This document shows positions 40,621-50,715 of a DNA stretch of 64,000 nt, in pieces. This DNA is from Candidatus Poribacteria bacterium (GTDB lineage Bacteria > Poribacteria > WGA-4E > WGA-3G): NCBI GenBank assembly GCA_963663765.2, contig CAXXUA010000004.1:928001-992000 (forward strand), given 5' to 3'. The notes under the pieces were generated by a model, which saw nothing but the letters and a program-made list of their open reading frames with translations, did not search any database and was not told the DNA's origin. The number at the start of each line of letters is the position of its first letter. Within the stretch, counting starts at the first letter, position 1. Position numbers and translations under genes: made by a program.

Positions 40621-41517
40621 CTATTGAGCGTTATTTGTACTCGCAGGTAAATACACCATTGTTGATTGCGTTAACACACCTTGCATTAATCCAGCAGTGT
40701 CATCTACAGTAGATTGGTTCGCTGGAGATGCTTGTCTTTCTTCATCAATAACTGAAACCACCACCTGCACTGCTGTCGGAATAACGTCAGTCTGATCCCA
40801 CGTGTCGTAAACTTGTGCTTCTTCATCAAGATACTTCAAATCAAAATTGACTATCCCATCTATTAACACATCAGGTTTATAGTAAATCTCTATTCCATTT
40901 TCATCAACCGTTGGAATTGATCCAGAATGCATTGATTCTATAACAAGTTCTGGATTAAGCCCTGTTGTTACAATACGATATAGCGCGAGTTCTTCATTTT
41001 CCGCAGATGGTGTTTGTCCAGGTTGTTGTGCCCCTGTAGCAGGAGGCGGAACACCAACACCGCTTTGCAGCATCTCTATCGGCACTTTCGGACCGACATA
41101 GTAAGCAACACGTCTAACATCACTCCACGGGGGTGTGTTTGTCACCCTCCCTTCCTTCAATGCGTCCAACTGTGCTGTAAACACATCAATATCTGTCTTA
41201 ACTAAGGTTACAATACTGAGTATGTCTCGGTCACCCGACATCGTTGGAACATCTTCCGAGTAAAGTGTCAACAACTCATCTGAAGTGTCTGCCTGCATCT
41301 GACTCAAATCGGTACTAATCGTGTCCAGAGCAACACGACAACGTTGTGCTTGAAGCACTTTAGATTGACTCTTTTGGTAGGAATTTATCGCTGAGTTAAA
41401 TACTGCGTAAGTGGAACCACCCATAATTACTATTATACTCACCGCGGTTATCATCTCAACAAGTGTTAGACCGCTTTCACTTTGCAAAAATAGTTTTCTC
41501 ATAATATTAGTGACCAC
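40621..41517 (-). CDS. Minor pseudopilin, GspJ-like
   Basis: G|LTLVE prepilin motif; RRVAYY; W...IPTAVQV tail. Confidence 0.75.
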   Translation of the reverse strand: MVTNIMRKLFLQSESGLTLVEMITAVSIIVIMGGSTYAVFNSAINSYQKSQSKVLQAQRCRVALDTISTDLSQMQADTSDELLTLYSEDVPTMSGDRDILSIVTLVKTDIDVFTAQLDALKEGRVTNTPPWSDVRRVAYYVGPKVPIEMLQSGVGVPPPATGAQQPGQTPSAENEELALYRIVTTGLNPELVIESMHSGSIPTVDENGIEIYYKPDVLIDGIVNFDLKYLDEEAQVYDTWDQTDVIPTAVQVVVSVIDEERQASPANQSTVDDTAGLMQGVLTQSTMVYLPASTNNAQ

Positions 41518-41545
41518 TTCTATTTAGTTCATTGTAAGATTAATT

Positions 41546-41956
41546 CTATTGTCCTTGACCCTGTTGCATTTCACGATCCGCTATATATGTCATCATACTA
41601 ATTGACCGCGGTTTTCCCAAATGTTCCCAAAGCACCGTCAACTCAATCATCCGTAATCCCTCTATTTCATCCGATTCTAATTCTGTTACTGACGACTGCC
41701 ATTGGAATAGCGAATTCTCACCAAATTCACCACCATATTGACCGGGTTCCGGATAACCTTCCATCTCAATTTGTGCCATCTGATATTTAAGCAAGTAGAG
41801 TGCTGTTACGCGATTATCTGATAGTGCAACATTCCGTGAGGTATCACTAAAAACCTTCAACAATGCAGGAAAAATCGCTGCCATAACCGCTATAGTAACA
41901 AGGATTTCAGCAAGTGTAAAACCCTCTTCACTTGAGGAAATATTTCGCCGCTTCAT
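41546..41956 (-). CDS. Minor pseudopilin, GspI-like
   Basis: G|FTLAE motif; FQWQSSV...LRMIELTVLW. Confidence 0.78.
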   Translation of the reverse strand: MKRRNISSSEEGFTLAEILVTIAVMAAIFPALLKVFSDTSRNVALSDNRVTALYLLKYQMAQIEMEGYPEPGQYGGEFGENSLFQWQSSVTELESDEIEGLRMIELTVLWEHLGKPRSISMMTYIADREMQQGQGQ

Positions 41957-41957
41957 C

Positions 41958-42599
41958 TTACAAGTTGTTCCCTAAACCTAAGGTTTGAATCTCATCTGAC
42001 GATAACTTTTGAATACTGTTACGACCTGTTGATGCTTCAACATTAACCGCAATAAAGTGTTCCCTTACGTTCTGTAAATACACAACAGTATTCACTGAGG
42101 TCGCTGTCGGTGTGAAATATACGTAATCCACACCAGTCGATAAATTTTGTATAACGCCGTTATTCGTTGTAGAAAATGCCGTGATGGTTATGCCATCGTT
42201 CAGGGGTTTAGCAATACCCATGACTCCACCTGTGCGTGATACCGTAGGTTGACCTCCTTGTGTGGTTGTTGCTGCCGCAACCCTTCCCGCAGATGCAATC
42301 GGATTCTGCGCATCAAATGTTTCACTGGATGCCAACCAATACCTATTATTGCCAATATCAAAAACAACCAAATACGTAGTCCGTTCAGTAATTGCCATGT
42401 CACGTGCATAAGAAAAAGTATCAGCAATGGATTGTGCAGATGATTTTAACCGACGAGACGCAGCAAAACCACGCATCGCTGGCATGGAGATAGTTGACAA
42501 TACCGCAATAATTGACAAGACTATCATGATCTCCATTAGACTGAAACCATGTTCCGTACTTTTTCCAAAAGGCACTCGCATATACCTTAACATACACAT
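41958..42599 (-). CDS. Minor pseudopilin, GspH/FimT-like
   Basis: G|FSLME motif; ARDMAITE. Confidence 0.78.
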   Translation of the reverse strand: MCMLRYMRVPFGKSTEHGFSLMEIMIVLSIIAVLSTISMPAMRGFAASRRLKSSAQSIADTFSYARDMAITERTTYLVVFDIGNNRYWLASSETFDAQNPIASAGRVAAATTTQGGQPTVSRTGGVMGIAKPLNDGITITAFSTTNNGVIQNLSTGVDYVYFTPTATSVNTVVYLQNVREHFIAVNVEASTGRNSIQKLSSDEIQTLGLGNNL

Positions 42600-42629
42600 A
42601 CCCTCAACAGTAACATATATCTCAATAAA

Positions 42630-43070
42630 TTACATGCCACTTTCTATCATGTTTCCAATGTCTGCATCCATACCCAATCCACCAAGTTTCCCATCTTTAC
42701 CATAGGTGGATAGTTCATAGTCATAACCAGTTTTTTTGCTGGGATACCTATATTGATAATCGTTACTCCACGGATCTTTCGTTATTGGACTTACAAGATA
42801 TGGTCCTTTCCAGTTAGTAACATCCTGAGGGACTTGCCACAACGCATCTAATCCCTGTTCTGTTGACGGATAGGTGCCAACATCAAGATTATACTGAGAT
42901 AACGCAACACCAAGATTCGCAATTTCGTGACGTGCCTTGCCAACTCTCACATCATCCATGGAAACTAATGTTTTTGTAATACTCTTGTAAAGTCTTGGAC
43001 TAAATTGGACTACTACAGCTATAATTAGTACAATAAGGATACCAAGTAGAATTTTGTTTTGTGTTTTCAT
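42630..43070 (-). CDS. GspG-like pseudopilin domain on a non-prepilin membrane anchor
   Basis: YNLDVGTYPSTEQGLDAL, WKGPY, DPW and YGKDGKLGG present, but no G|FxxxE site; start MKTQNK at 43070. Confidence 0.85.
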   Translation of the reverse strand: MKTQNKILLGILIVLIIAVVVQFSPRLYKSITKTLVSMDDVRVGKARHEIANLGVALSQYNLDVGTYPSTEQGLDALWQVPQDVTNWKGPYLVSPITKDPWSNDYQYRYPSKKTGYDYELSTYGKDGKLGGLGMDADIGNMIESGM

Positions 43071-43119
43071 TTGTAAATCTTTGTTCCTTTTTGGCACCTT
43101 AAAACAGAAAAACGATAAC

Positions 43120-43575
43120 TCAATTAAACTCCGCTTCCTCATCAACCCAATTAGTTATATCTGCATTTAAATCTTCTCCACCCAATTTGCCATCTTTACC
43201 ATAAGAGAATAGGTCATAGTCATAACCGTAATGCGTACCGGGAAATCTATATTCGTAAGCAGTTCCCCAAGGATCGTTGGTTACAGGACTTTGGATATAG
43301 GGACCATCCCAGTTTGCAACATCCTGACTCGGTGCTCGCCACAACGCATCTAATCCCTGTTCTGTTGACGGATAGGTGCCAACATCAAGATTATACTGAG
43401 ATAATGCAACACCAAGATTCGCAATTTCGGTACGTGCTTTGCCAACTCTCGCATCGTCTATAGCCGTTATCACACGTGGTGCAATAAACGCAGCCAAAAT
43501 ACCTAAAATCGCAATAACAATCGTCAATTCTATCAGTGTCAAACCTGATTCATCGTTTTTCAACTGTTTAAACAT
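43120..43575 (-). CDS. gspG: Major pseudopilin GspG
   Basis: G|LTLIE; YPSTEQGL.AL; W.GPY; DPWG; SYGKDG..GGE...ADI.NW. Confidence 0.95.
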   Translation of the reverse strand: MFKQLKNDESGLTLIELTIVIAILGILAAFIAPRVITAIDDARVGKARTEIANLGVALSQYNLDVGTYPSTEQGLDALWRAPSQDVANWDGPYIQSPVTNDPWGTAYEYRFPGTHYGYDYDLFSYGKDGKLGGEDLNADITNWVDEEAEFN

Positions 43576-43715
43576 TTTTTACTCCTTCTGTTTATACATA
43601 AACCAACTTTATCAATATGTTTATTTTGTGCTCAGAACTCATATCTATTTAGATTAGACATATAATCTACATGATAGTTTATAAAAATCTGAATAGAACA
43701 CTCCTTAATATGTAC

Positions 43716-44939
43716 CTAACCACCTATCAATTTGTTCGCTTCAAATATCGGTAAAATCATCGCCACAGCGATAAAACCAATCAGTAAACCCATAAACAGA
43801 ATAACCATCGGACCGATAGAACCCGTCACACGTTCCAAATTCTTCCTAATCTCCATGTCAAAATAATCTGACAATTTTTTTAGCATTGTCACAGGTTCAC
43901 CAGACTCTTCACCCACAGCGATCATGTGTGTCACGAGTGTCGGAAAATCAGAACTTTTTTCAAGCTCACGTGATAACGTAGAACCTTGTTCTACCTCTCT
44001 CTCTGCTTCAGCGACAATATTACTGTACACCTTATTACCAATCGTATCTTTGACTACTTGCAGTGCAGGAAGCAACCGAACACCGTTCTCCAGAAGTGTC
44101 GCCATAGTGCGCGTAAAACGCACAATAGCAAACGTGCTAAATATTGACCCAAGCAGCGGAAGCTTAAGTTTAAACTTGTCAAATTGCAACTGACCAGATT
44201 CCGTCTGCAAATAATTCCTTAGCAAAATACTTATAGGAACAATTATCAATAAGCCTAACCACCAATAAGTACTCAGTACGTCCGAAATCCCAATGAGAAT
44301 TCTGGTCGGTACGGGTAAATCTCCACCAAGGTCTTCAAACATCGTCGTAAATTTGGGTATCACGAATATCATCAACACTGTAACCGAAAATATCATCAAC
44401 GAAAACAGTATAGCAGGATAGAAAAGAGCTGAAATAACTTGGTTTTTCAACAAACGCTGCCGTTCTGCAAAATCAGCAAGCCGTTCTAACACTTCACCCA
44501 ACACACCCCCGGTTTCTCCAGCCTTCACCATGTTCACATATAGATCTGAGAATACTTTTGGGTGTTGGTTCAGTGAATCATTAAAAGTTGCACCTTGCTC
44601 AACATTCTGCTTCACATCAGAAATAATCTTGTGGAATTCTGGATTGGCGATCTGATCCAACGTCACTTCTATCGCACGGGGAAGTGCAACGTGCGCATTT
44701 ATCAAGGCAGCTAACTGGTAGGTGAAAAACTCTACTTCTGCAGGTTTAATCTTACGAGAACCTATACTAAACAAACGTTTTGCTTGTGATTCAAGGACTT
44801 CTCCCTCCTCAACTATATTTGTCGGCCAATACCCCATCTGTTGCAGCTGAGCAATCAGGTCTGCACGAGAGTCTGCTTCTAAGGTATTACTTACTGTCGT
44901 CCCTGTATTCGTGATAGCTTCAAATTGATATCTTGGCAT
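43716..44939 (-). CDS. gspF: Type II secretion inner-membrane protein GspF/PilC
   Basis: LYVNMVKAGETGG.L, ALFYP, MIAVGEESG and MILPIF. Confidence 0.93.
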   Translation of the reverse strand: MPRYQFEAITNTGTTVSNTLEADSRADLIAQLQQMGYWPTNIVEEGEVLESQAKRLFSIGSRKIKPAEVEFFTYQLAALINAHVALPRAIEVTLDQIANPEFHKIISDVKQNVEQGATFNDSLNQHPKVFSDLYVNMVKAGETGGVLGEVLERLADFAERQRLLKNQVISALFYPAILFSLMIFSVTVLMIFVIPKFTTMFEDLGGDLPVPTRILIGISDVLSTYWWLGLLIIVPISILLRNYLQTESGQLQFDKFKLKLPLLGSIFSTFAIVRFTRTMATLLENGVRLLPALQVVKDTIGNKVYSNIVAEAEREVEQGSTLSRELEKSSDFPTLVTHMIAVGEESGEPVTMLKKLSDYFDMEIRKNLERVTGSIGPMVILFMGLLIGFIAVAMILPIFEANKLIGG

Positions 44940-45044
44940 GGCAATCTCTTTTCAAAATGTTATATGATAGTTTATATCGTAGGGCGGAGTCTCTGTTCCC
45001 GTCAGGTTTTACCTACTATTTACACGTATTTCCTTGAAAATACA

Positions 45045-46919
45045 CTACTCAGCTTCATCAAACTCATGTGCATCTTCTTGTGTCAGACGAAGTACCTCAT
45101 CAACCGTTGTTTGTCCAGCAGTGACCTTTTGCCAACCATCTTCACGTAGACTCTTCATCCCCATTTTAATTGCAAGCTTACGAAGTTCAGATGTAGATGT
45201 TTGTTGAAGAGACATATTACGTATTTCTTCCGACATAAATATCACTTCAAAGATACCGATTCGTCCTCGGTAGCCTCTTCCACGGCATTCCTTACAACCC
45301 CCCTCTTTCGCACGTGGTATCTCAAGATCCTCATCTACATGCACACCATTGTTCCTAAAGATTACTGCAATTTCATCAGCACTGGGACGATACATTTCAC
45401 GGCAAGATTTGCAAACACGTCTCGCTAAACGTTGCGCAATAATACCTTCAACCGTTGACGCAACCAAATAAGGTTCAACCTTCATATCAATCAAACGCGT
45501 GATAGCACCCGGCGCATCATTGGTGTGAAGCGTACTGAACACAAGGTGACCTGTCAACGACGTATGTATTGCCATCTCCGCTGTTTCATAGTCACGAATT
45601 TCACCAACCAATACCTTGTCAGGGTCCTGACGAAGGATATGCCGCAAACCTTCCGCAAATGAAAACTCAATATCAGGATTGACCTGAATCTGGTTGATCC
45701 CCTCTAACTCATATTCAACGGGGTCTTCAAGCGTTATTATCTTCACTTCAGGAGTATTGATCTCTTTCAAGCATGCATAGAGTGATGTCGTTTTACCACT
45801 ACCAGTCGGACCTGTGGCAAGTATAATGCCGTGCGGTTTATGAATCATGCGTTCGAACAGTGTATAATTCTCATTGGTAAGTCCCAATTCGGCTAATCCA
45901 AATTCAATTGATTGTCTGTCAAGGATACGAAGCACTACACTTTCACTATGCTGCGTTGCAACTGTCGGAACAGTTGAAACACGAAGGTCAATCTGACGAT
46001 CTCCCAAACTTCCAATCTCTTTGTTGATTTTACCATCTTGAGGACGACGACGCTCAGCAACATCCATGCCTGCCATGATCTTAATACGTGATGTAATTGC
46101 TGACTGCAAATACGCAGGCGGTTGCGGTTGGTCTTCTAACACGCCATCAACACGAAAACGAATCTTCAACTCACCCGGATACGGCTCAATGTGAATATCA
46201 CTCGCACCCGCACGCACCGCATCAATAATCATCTGGTCAACAGCATTCATCACCGTCGGATCCTGACTCAGATCCTTTTCGTCTATACCAAAGTCAACAA
46301 GTTGACCACGTTCAAATGTCGCAGCCGCACCGACCGGTCCCTTGATACCTCCACTCAAAAGCGAGGCAGCATCCTTACCATAGCAACGGATAATCGCTTC
46401 AGAAATTTCATCTTCATCTGCAATGGTCGTCTTTATATCACATTCTGTCAAAAACTCTATTTCGTCTATTAACATTACATCCTGAACATCCGCCATCGCT
46501 ATCGTAAGAACTTTACCCACAAGACGTAACGGTACAATCTTATTGCGATTTGCAAAACTTGGTGGTATTTTTTCAAGCGCGTTCTCTTCAGGTGATACCT
46601 CATCTAACCGAATGATCGGTGAACCCGTATCACGTCCTTTTTTCGCAAGTTCAAGCACTCGCTCAGATACATACTCAGTTATGATTGCTTCTTCCGAATC
46701 TCCCGCTTTCTCAATCTCATTCAAAATTTGTCTATACTTCTGAGACTCAGACTCTGGCGATTCCTCCGTCTCAATATCAGAATACACAGGCTTATTTACC
46801 CACCCTTCAAGTATCTTCTCATGTATTTCTTGATAGGCCTGCTCCGATATCAAATTCCCTTCTTTTAATACTTCAACAAGTGATTTTTGGGTAGATGTAC
46901 TACTAATCATAATAATCAA
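45045..46919 (-). CDS. gspE: Type II secretion ATPase GspE/PilB
   Basis: ASDIHIEP, RRPQDG, GPTGSGKTT, EDPVE, LRQDPD, GEIRD, STLHTND and CxxC..CxxC. Confidence 0.95.
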   Translation of the reverse strand: MIIMISSTSTQKSLVEVLKEGNLISEQAYQEIHEKILEGWVNKPVYSDIETEESPESESQKYRQILNEIEKAGDSEEAIITEYVSERVLELAKKGRDTGSPIIRLDEVSPEENALEKIPPSFANRNKIVPLRLVGKVLTIAMADVQDVMLIDEIEFLTECDIKTTIADEDEISEAIIRCYGKDAASLLSGGIKGPVGAAATFERGQLVDFGIDEKDLSQDPTVMNAVDQMIIDAVRAGASDIHIEPYPGELKIRFRVDGVLEDQPQPPAYLQSAITSRIKIMAGMDVAERRRPQDGKINKEIGSLGDRQIDLRVSTVPTVATQHSESVVLRILDRQSIEFGLAELGLTNENYTLFERMIHKPHGIILATGPTGSGKTTSLYACLKEINTPEVKIITLEDPVEYELEGINQIQVNPDIEFSFAEGLRHILRQDPDKVLVGEIRDYETAEMAIHTSLTGHLVFSTLHTNDAPGAITRLIDMKVEPYLVASTVEGIIAQRLARRVCKSCREMYRPSADEIAVIFRNNGVHVDEDLEIPRAKEGGCKECRGRGYRGRIGIFEVIFMSEEIRNMSLQQTSTSELRKLAIKMGMKSLREDGWQKVTAGQTTVDEVLRLTQEDAHEFDEAE

Positions 46920-47437
46920 GTTCCTTATAAATAATACTGATAAACCAACATCTTAACCAATCGGTTTAAACAACTTTAATGCTACTCCCAACATACATTA
47001 CTTGAAAAGGCGAACTTTCTTTGAGGGATTGTCGTTTCCACAATCGCCTTTTTTAGACGAAAAATCCTACAAATAAGTTTAATCACTTTCCACGCACCAT
47101 TAAGTTTTAAATGCAATAACTCATTGCTTATTGACACAGAAACTAATACTATTGCAAATCACATTGGGGTTGAAAATAATCTTGGTAATCCGATAATGCT
47201 TGTTCAGAACAATTAACAATTTTGTATCCAAAAACAGAAAAATTACGTATAATGCTATTTTGACAATAGTTCATTAAACGCCAATGACTATCCTATATAT
47301 GTTCTATTAGACTATAAAATAGGGTATAAGTTCGGAATTTAAAGGATTTCAACTGAATACAAAAAGCATAAATCTATCGTTTTTTACCGATATTTCAAGA
47401 AAATATCAAAAATTATACTTTTTATTAAACAATTTGC

Positions 47438-47467
47438 TTGACAGAACGTTATAGTATACTGTATTAT
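47438..47467 (+). promoter_or_regulatory. Putative promoter of the sigma factor gene
   Basis: TTGACA-N18-TATTAT. Confidence 0.5.
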
Positions 47468-47524
47468 ATATCTTCGGCAGATTTTGCATATAATTTTTAC
47501 ATTTACATTAAGGAGAGGAGAAGA

Positions 47525-48493
47525 ATGGAAACCGAGTTTTTCGGTGACACACAAAACATTGAAGGTGTTGACACTTTCATAAATGAAGTTTATCCGTCGG
47601 AAGAAACTGAGAATGTGAACGAATACAAAGGGAGTGATAGAAGCGCACTAACAAGTTGGTTACGCAGCGTCGCTGGACACCGTTTATTAACGCGAGAAGA
47701 GGAAGTTGAATTAGCAAAAAGAATTGAAGCTGGTGATACTACTGCACGTGATGAACTCGTTCAAGCAAATCTAAGACTGGTTATCTCAATCGCAGTCAGG
47801 TATCAAGGAAATAAAGTCCCGCTTGAAGACCTAATTCAGGAAGGAAACATCGGACTAATCAAAGCAGCAAGCAAATTTGATTACCGGAAAGGATTTAAAT
47901 TCAGTACCTATGCTATTTGGTGGATTAAGCAATCTATAATGCGCACTCTTGATAACTTCGCACGATCTATACGTTTACCTGCATATATCGTCGCAAAGAT
48001 GAACAAGTTTGATGCGACCTACGCAGCACTATGCCAAGAACTACAACGAGAACCTACACGGGCTGAAATCGCTAACGCTCTTGAACTAACGTTACAACAG
48101 GTAGAGGAAATCCTTACTTTTAACGCAGATACCATCTCTATGGATTTACCACTCGGGGATGACCCCGGATCACGGTCGGCTGCTACTTTAGGTGATTTAA
48201 TTGAAGACCCCGCAACCGCAGCTGAAGACGGACCTATCGCAAAACTGATCACACAGGACCTTGTAAAACAATTCCTTAGCAAACTACCAGAACGCGAGCA
48301 ACAAGTCCTAACAATGAGATTCGGCCTTGATGATGGAGAACGCAAAACACTTAGAGAAATCGGAGACGCACTTGATGTTACGAGAGAACGCATCCGACAA
48401 CTTGAGATATACGCTATCTCTCAATTAAGCAGCCTATACAACGAAATGGGAGAATTCCGGACTGAATACACTGCGGATCAAACCGCAGCATAA
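47525..48493 (+). CDS. Sigma-70 family RNA polymerase sigma factor (RpoD/RpoS-type, no region 1.1)
   Basis: LLTREEE, ANLRLVISIA, DLIQEGNIGL, FSTYAIWWIKQ and VTRERIRQLE; RBS GAGGAG before the ATG at 47525. Confidence 0.92.
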   Translation: METEFFGDTQNIEGVDTFINEVYPSEETENVNEYKGSDRSALTSWLRSVAGHRLLTREEEVELAKRIEAGDTTARDELVQANLRLVISIAVRYQGNKVPLEDLIQEGNIGLIKAASKFDYRKGFKFSTYAIWWIKQSIMRTLDNFARSIRLPAYIVAKMNKFDATYAALCQELQREPTRAEIANALELTLQQVEEILTFNADTISMDLPLGDDPGSRSAATLGDLIEDPATAAEDGPIAKLITQDLVKQFLSKLPEREQQVLTMRFGLDDGERKTLREIGDALDVTRERIRQLEIYAISQLSSLYNEMGEFRTEYTADQTAA

Positions 48494-48515
48494 CACGGAA
48501 TCCAAGAGGACACTT

Positions 48516-49127
48516 ATGAAAAATCTAATAAAAAAACTCGCGGGAAGTGAAAATCCTTTAGTGGAAGTAACAAAAACCGCAAAAGAGAAAATTCAGGGTG
48601 TTATTGAAAACGAAGAAGTTGAAGTGGAAGGACTGCGAATCAGCATTGAAGGTCGCAGTGCTTCCGCTTTTCAATACAGCCTCGGCTTAGCTACAGAAAC
48701 AGAAGACGATGACATCATCATTGACATGGGTCCCTTTAAAGTATTCGTTGACCCAAACAGCGCTGATGACCTTCAAGGGGCTGTCATTGATTATGTTGAA
48801 GACCTAAACTCAAGCGGCTTCAAAATTGACAACCCAAATACACCAACATGGGATAATCCGAAAGCACAGAAAATACAAGAACTAATTGATGAACGAATCA
48901 ATCCTGCTGTCGCTGCACACGGTGGACAGATTGAACTCCTCAACGTTGAGGACGAAGCAATCTATATCCACATGGGCGGTGGATGTCAAGGCTGCGGCAT
49001 GGCAAATGCTACTCTCAAACACGGCATTGAAGCTATGATACAAGAGGTATTCCCTGAAATCAAGCAGGTCATTGATACAACCGACCATGCTGCAGGAACA
49101 AATCCATACTACGAAGGCGGAAATTAG
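48516..49127 (+). CDS. nfuA: NfuA-like Fe-S biogenesis protein (degenerate IscA domain plus NifU domain)
   Basis: GFKIDNPN; INPAVAAHGG; GGGCQGCG; DTTDHAAGTNPYY. Confidence 0.88.
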   Translation: MKNLIKKLAGSENPLVEVTKTAKEKIQGVIENEEVEVEGLRISIEGRSASAFQYSLGLATETEDDDIIIDMGPFKVFVDPNSADDLQGAVIDYVEDLNSSGFKIDNPNTPTWDNPKAQKIQELIDERINPAVAAHGGQIELLNVEDEAIYIHMGGGCQGCGMANATLKHGIEAMIQEVFPEIKQVIDTTDHAAGTNPYYEGGN

Positions 49128-49194
49128 TAGAATTATCCTCCCATTCAAAAAATATTATACACCCAACCCAATAGGTGCGGTTTCCTAACCGCAC

Positions 49195-49615
49195 CAAAGG
49201 TGTCAACTTAGCGATTCATATTATTGTAGGAGGGAAACCTTGAAATCCCGATTTTCTCACTCAAGGTAGGCGTGCTTTGTAAGCGCGCCCCCCAACTGCA
49301 GGCGTGCTTTGTAAGCGCGCCCCCCAACTGCACTCCCCTGCAGGCGTGCTTTGTAAGCGCGCCCCCCAACTGCAGGCGTGCTTTGTAAGCGCGCCCCCAA
49401 CTGCAGGCGTGCTTTGTAAGCGCGCCCCCCAACTGCAGGCGTGCTTTGTAAGCGCGCCCCCCAAAGGTAGGCGTGCTTTGTAAGCGCGCCCCCCAACTGC
49501 AGGCGTGCTTTGTAAGCGCGCCATTGCCAATCTTGTGTTTATCGGTGCACTTACAAAGCACGCCTACCGGGATGGGGTATTTAGCACTTGGCTTTTTCTA
49601 AAGTTGACACCTATG
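49195..49615. mobile_element. Family B-related MITE enclosing a REP tandem array
   Basis: CAAAGGTGTCAACTT / AAGTTGACACCTATG ends; flanked on both sides by GGTTTCCTAACC-centred hairpins. Confidence 0.7.
49266..49567. repeat. Tandem array of ~32-bp units, eight direct copies plus one inverted copy of the G(T/C)AGGCGTGCTTTGTAAGCGCGC REP
   Basis: Same core as the 3323-4230 array, with a CCCCCAA linker. Confidence 0.93.
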
Positions 49616-49722
49616 TGGTTAGGTTTCCTAACCCCAACGAGTCTAAAAATCTGACCTATCAAACTCACCTAATCCTTAGCAAAACATGCAATTGCACAAG
49701 TCTTATCCGCGCAATCCGAGAT

Positions 49723-50715
49723 TCAGATTATTTTAATTTCAACCCCTTCATTGTTCGGATATGTAACAAAACAACTCCCTCCATTTGGCAACCCCTTCAA
49801 ATATGCTTCAGTCTTCTCTTTCAGTCCCACAACATCCTCAGCCACAGCACAAATCGCTGGTCCCCAGCTACTTACACCCGCTCCCAATGCCCCGTTAGCT
49901 TGCAAGAAATCAAGCGTTTGTCTCAACTCATCACCTTGCGCATCAATCTCAACTTTTTTCCATCCAAATGTCTGTATCTCGTTGATCACTTCACCAAAAT
50001 TTTGCATGTCGTTTTCAAGAATTGCTGGTAGTATCCGTAGCAGCAGCAGATGACACAACCTCGGTGCAACTGATGCAGGTTGTGGACACAGTGTACGAAA
50101 AAGATCCAATTCCGCATCACCAAAAATACGCGTACAATTGGGTATCACAATAAGTATAGGTACATTTGGAAAGTCATATCGGAGTAAGATCGGTGGAGGA
50201 GAAACATCATCGGTCGCAGCGGATGGGAGAAAAGAGGGTTTCTGATCAGGATACCGATGACCGCCATCAACAATGAAACCACCATTTTCAAAAGCAGCAA
50301 TTCCAATACCAGATGTCCCACCACGTCCTACAACATTCGCAAGTTCTAAGACACTCAACTTAAGGTCAAACAAAACGTTAACAGCAGCAGCGATACCAAG
50401 AGAAAGTTGAGTCCCAGAACCAAATCCGCTATGCATTGGAATTTCAGATTTGAATTTTAGGTTAATGCCAGGGAACTGATACGTACTATGAAGTAGTGAA
50501 AGAACAGCACAAGCACGCGCACGGTAGGATTCAGATTCAACCTGAATATCTTCGGCTGGTTCAGCAATAATCTGGAAATTCGGCTCAGTTATGGCTAATC
50601 CAAACCCACCATCAATGCGTCCGAGTTGTCCATTCAAGTCTATCAGCGAAAAATGAAGCCGGGATGGGGTGGTAATAATGACTTTACTTATTGGGGTATT
50701 AGTCGCGTCGTTCAT
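49723..50715 (-). CDS. Beta-ribofuranosylaminobenzene 5'-phosphate synthase family (GHMP kinase fold)
   Basis: TPSRLHFSLIDLNG..GRIDGG.G, H.GFGSGTQL, GRGGTSGIG..AF..GGFIVDGGH and SSWGP; ATG at 50715 overlaps the upstream stop. Confidence 0.88.
   Translation of the reverse strand: MNDATNTPISKVIITTPSRLHFSLIDLNGQLGRIDGGFGLAITEPNFQIIAEPAEDIQVESESYRARACAVLSLLHSTYQFPGINLKFKSEIPMHSGFGSGTQLSLGIAAAVNVLFDLKLSVLELANVVGRGGTSGIGIAAFENGGFIVDGGHRYPDQKPSFLPSAATDDVSPPPILLRYDFPNVPILIVIPNCTRIFGDAELDLFRTLCPQPASVAPRLCHLLLLRILPAILENDMQNFGEVINEIQTFGWKKVEIDAQGDELRQTLDFLQANGALGAGVSSWGPAICAVAEDVVGLKEKTEAYLKGLPNGGSCFVTYPNNEGVEIKII

Noticed and set aside
49266-49567. CRISPR array or repeat-protein ORFs (49208-49561)
   Set aside because: Linkers are ~7 bp and nearly identical; the ORFs in several frames are translations of the repeat
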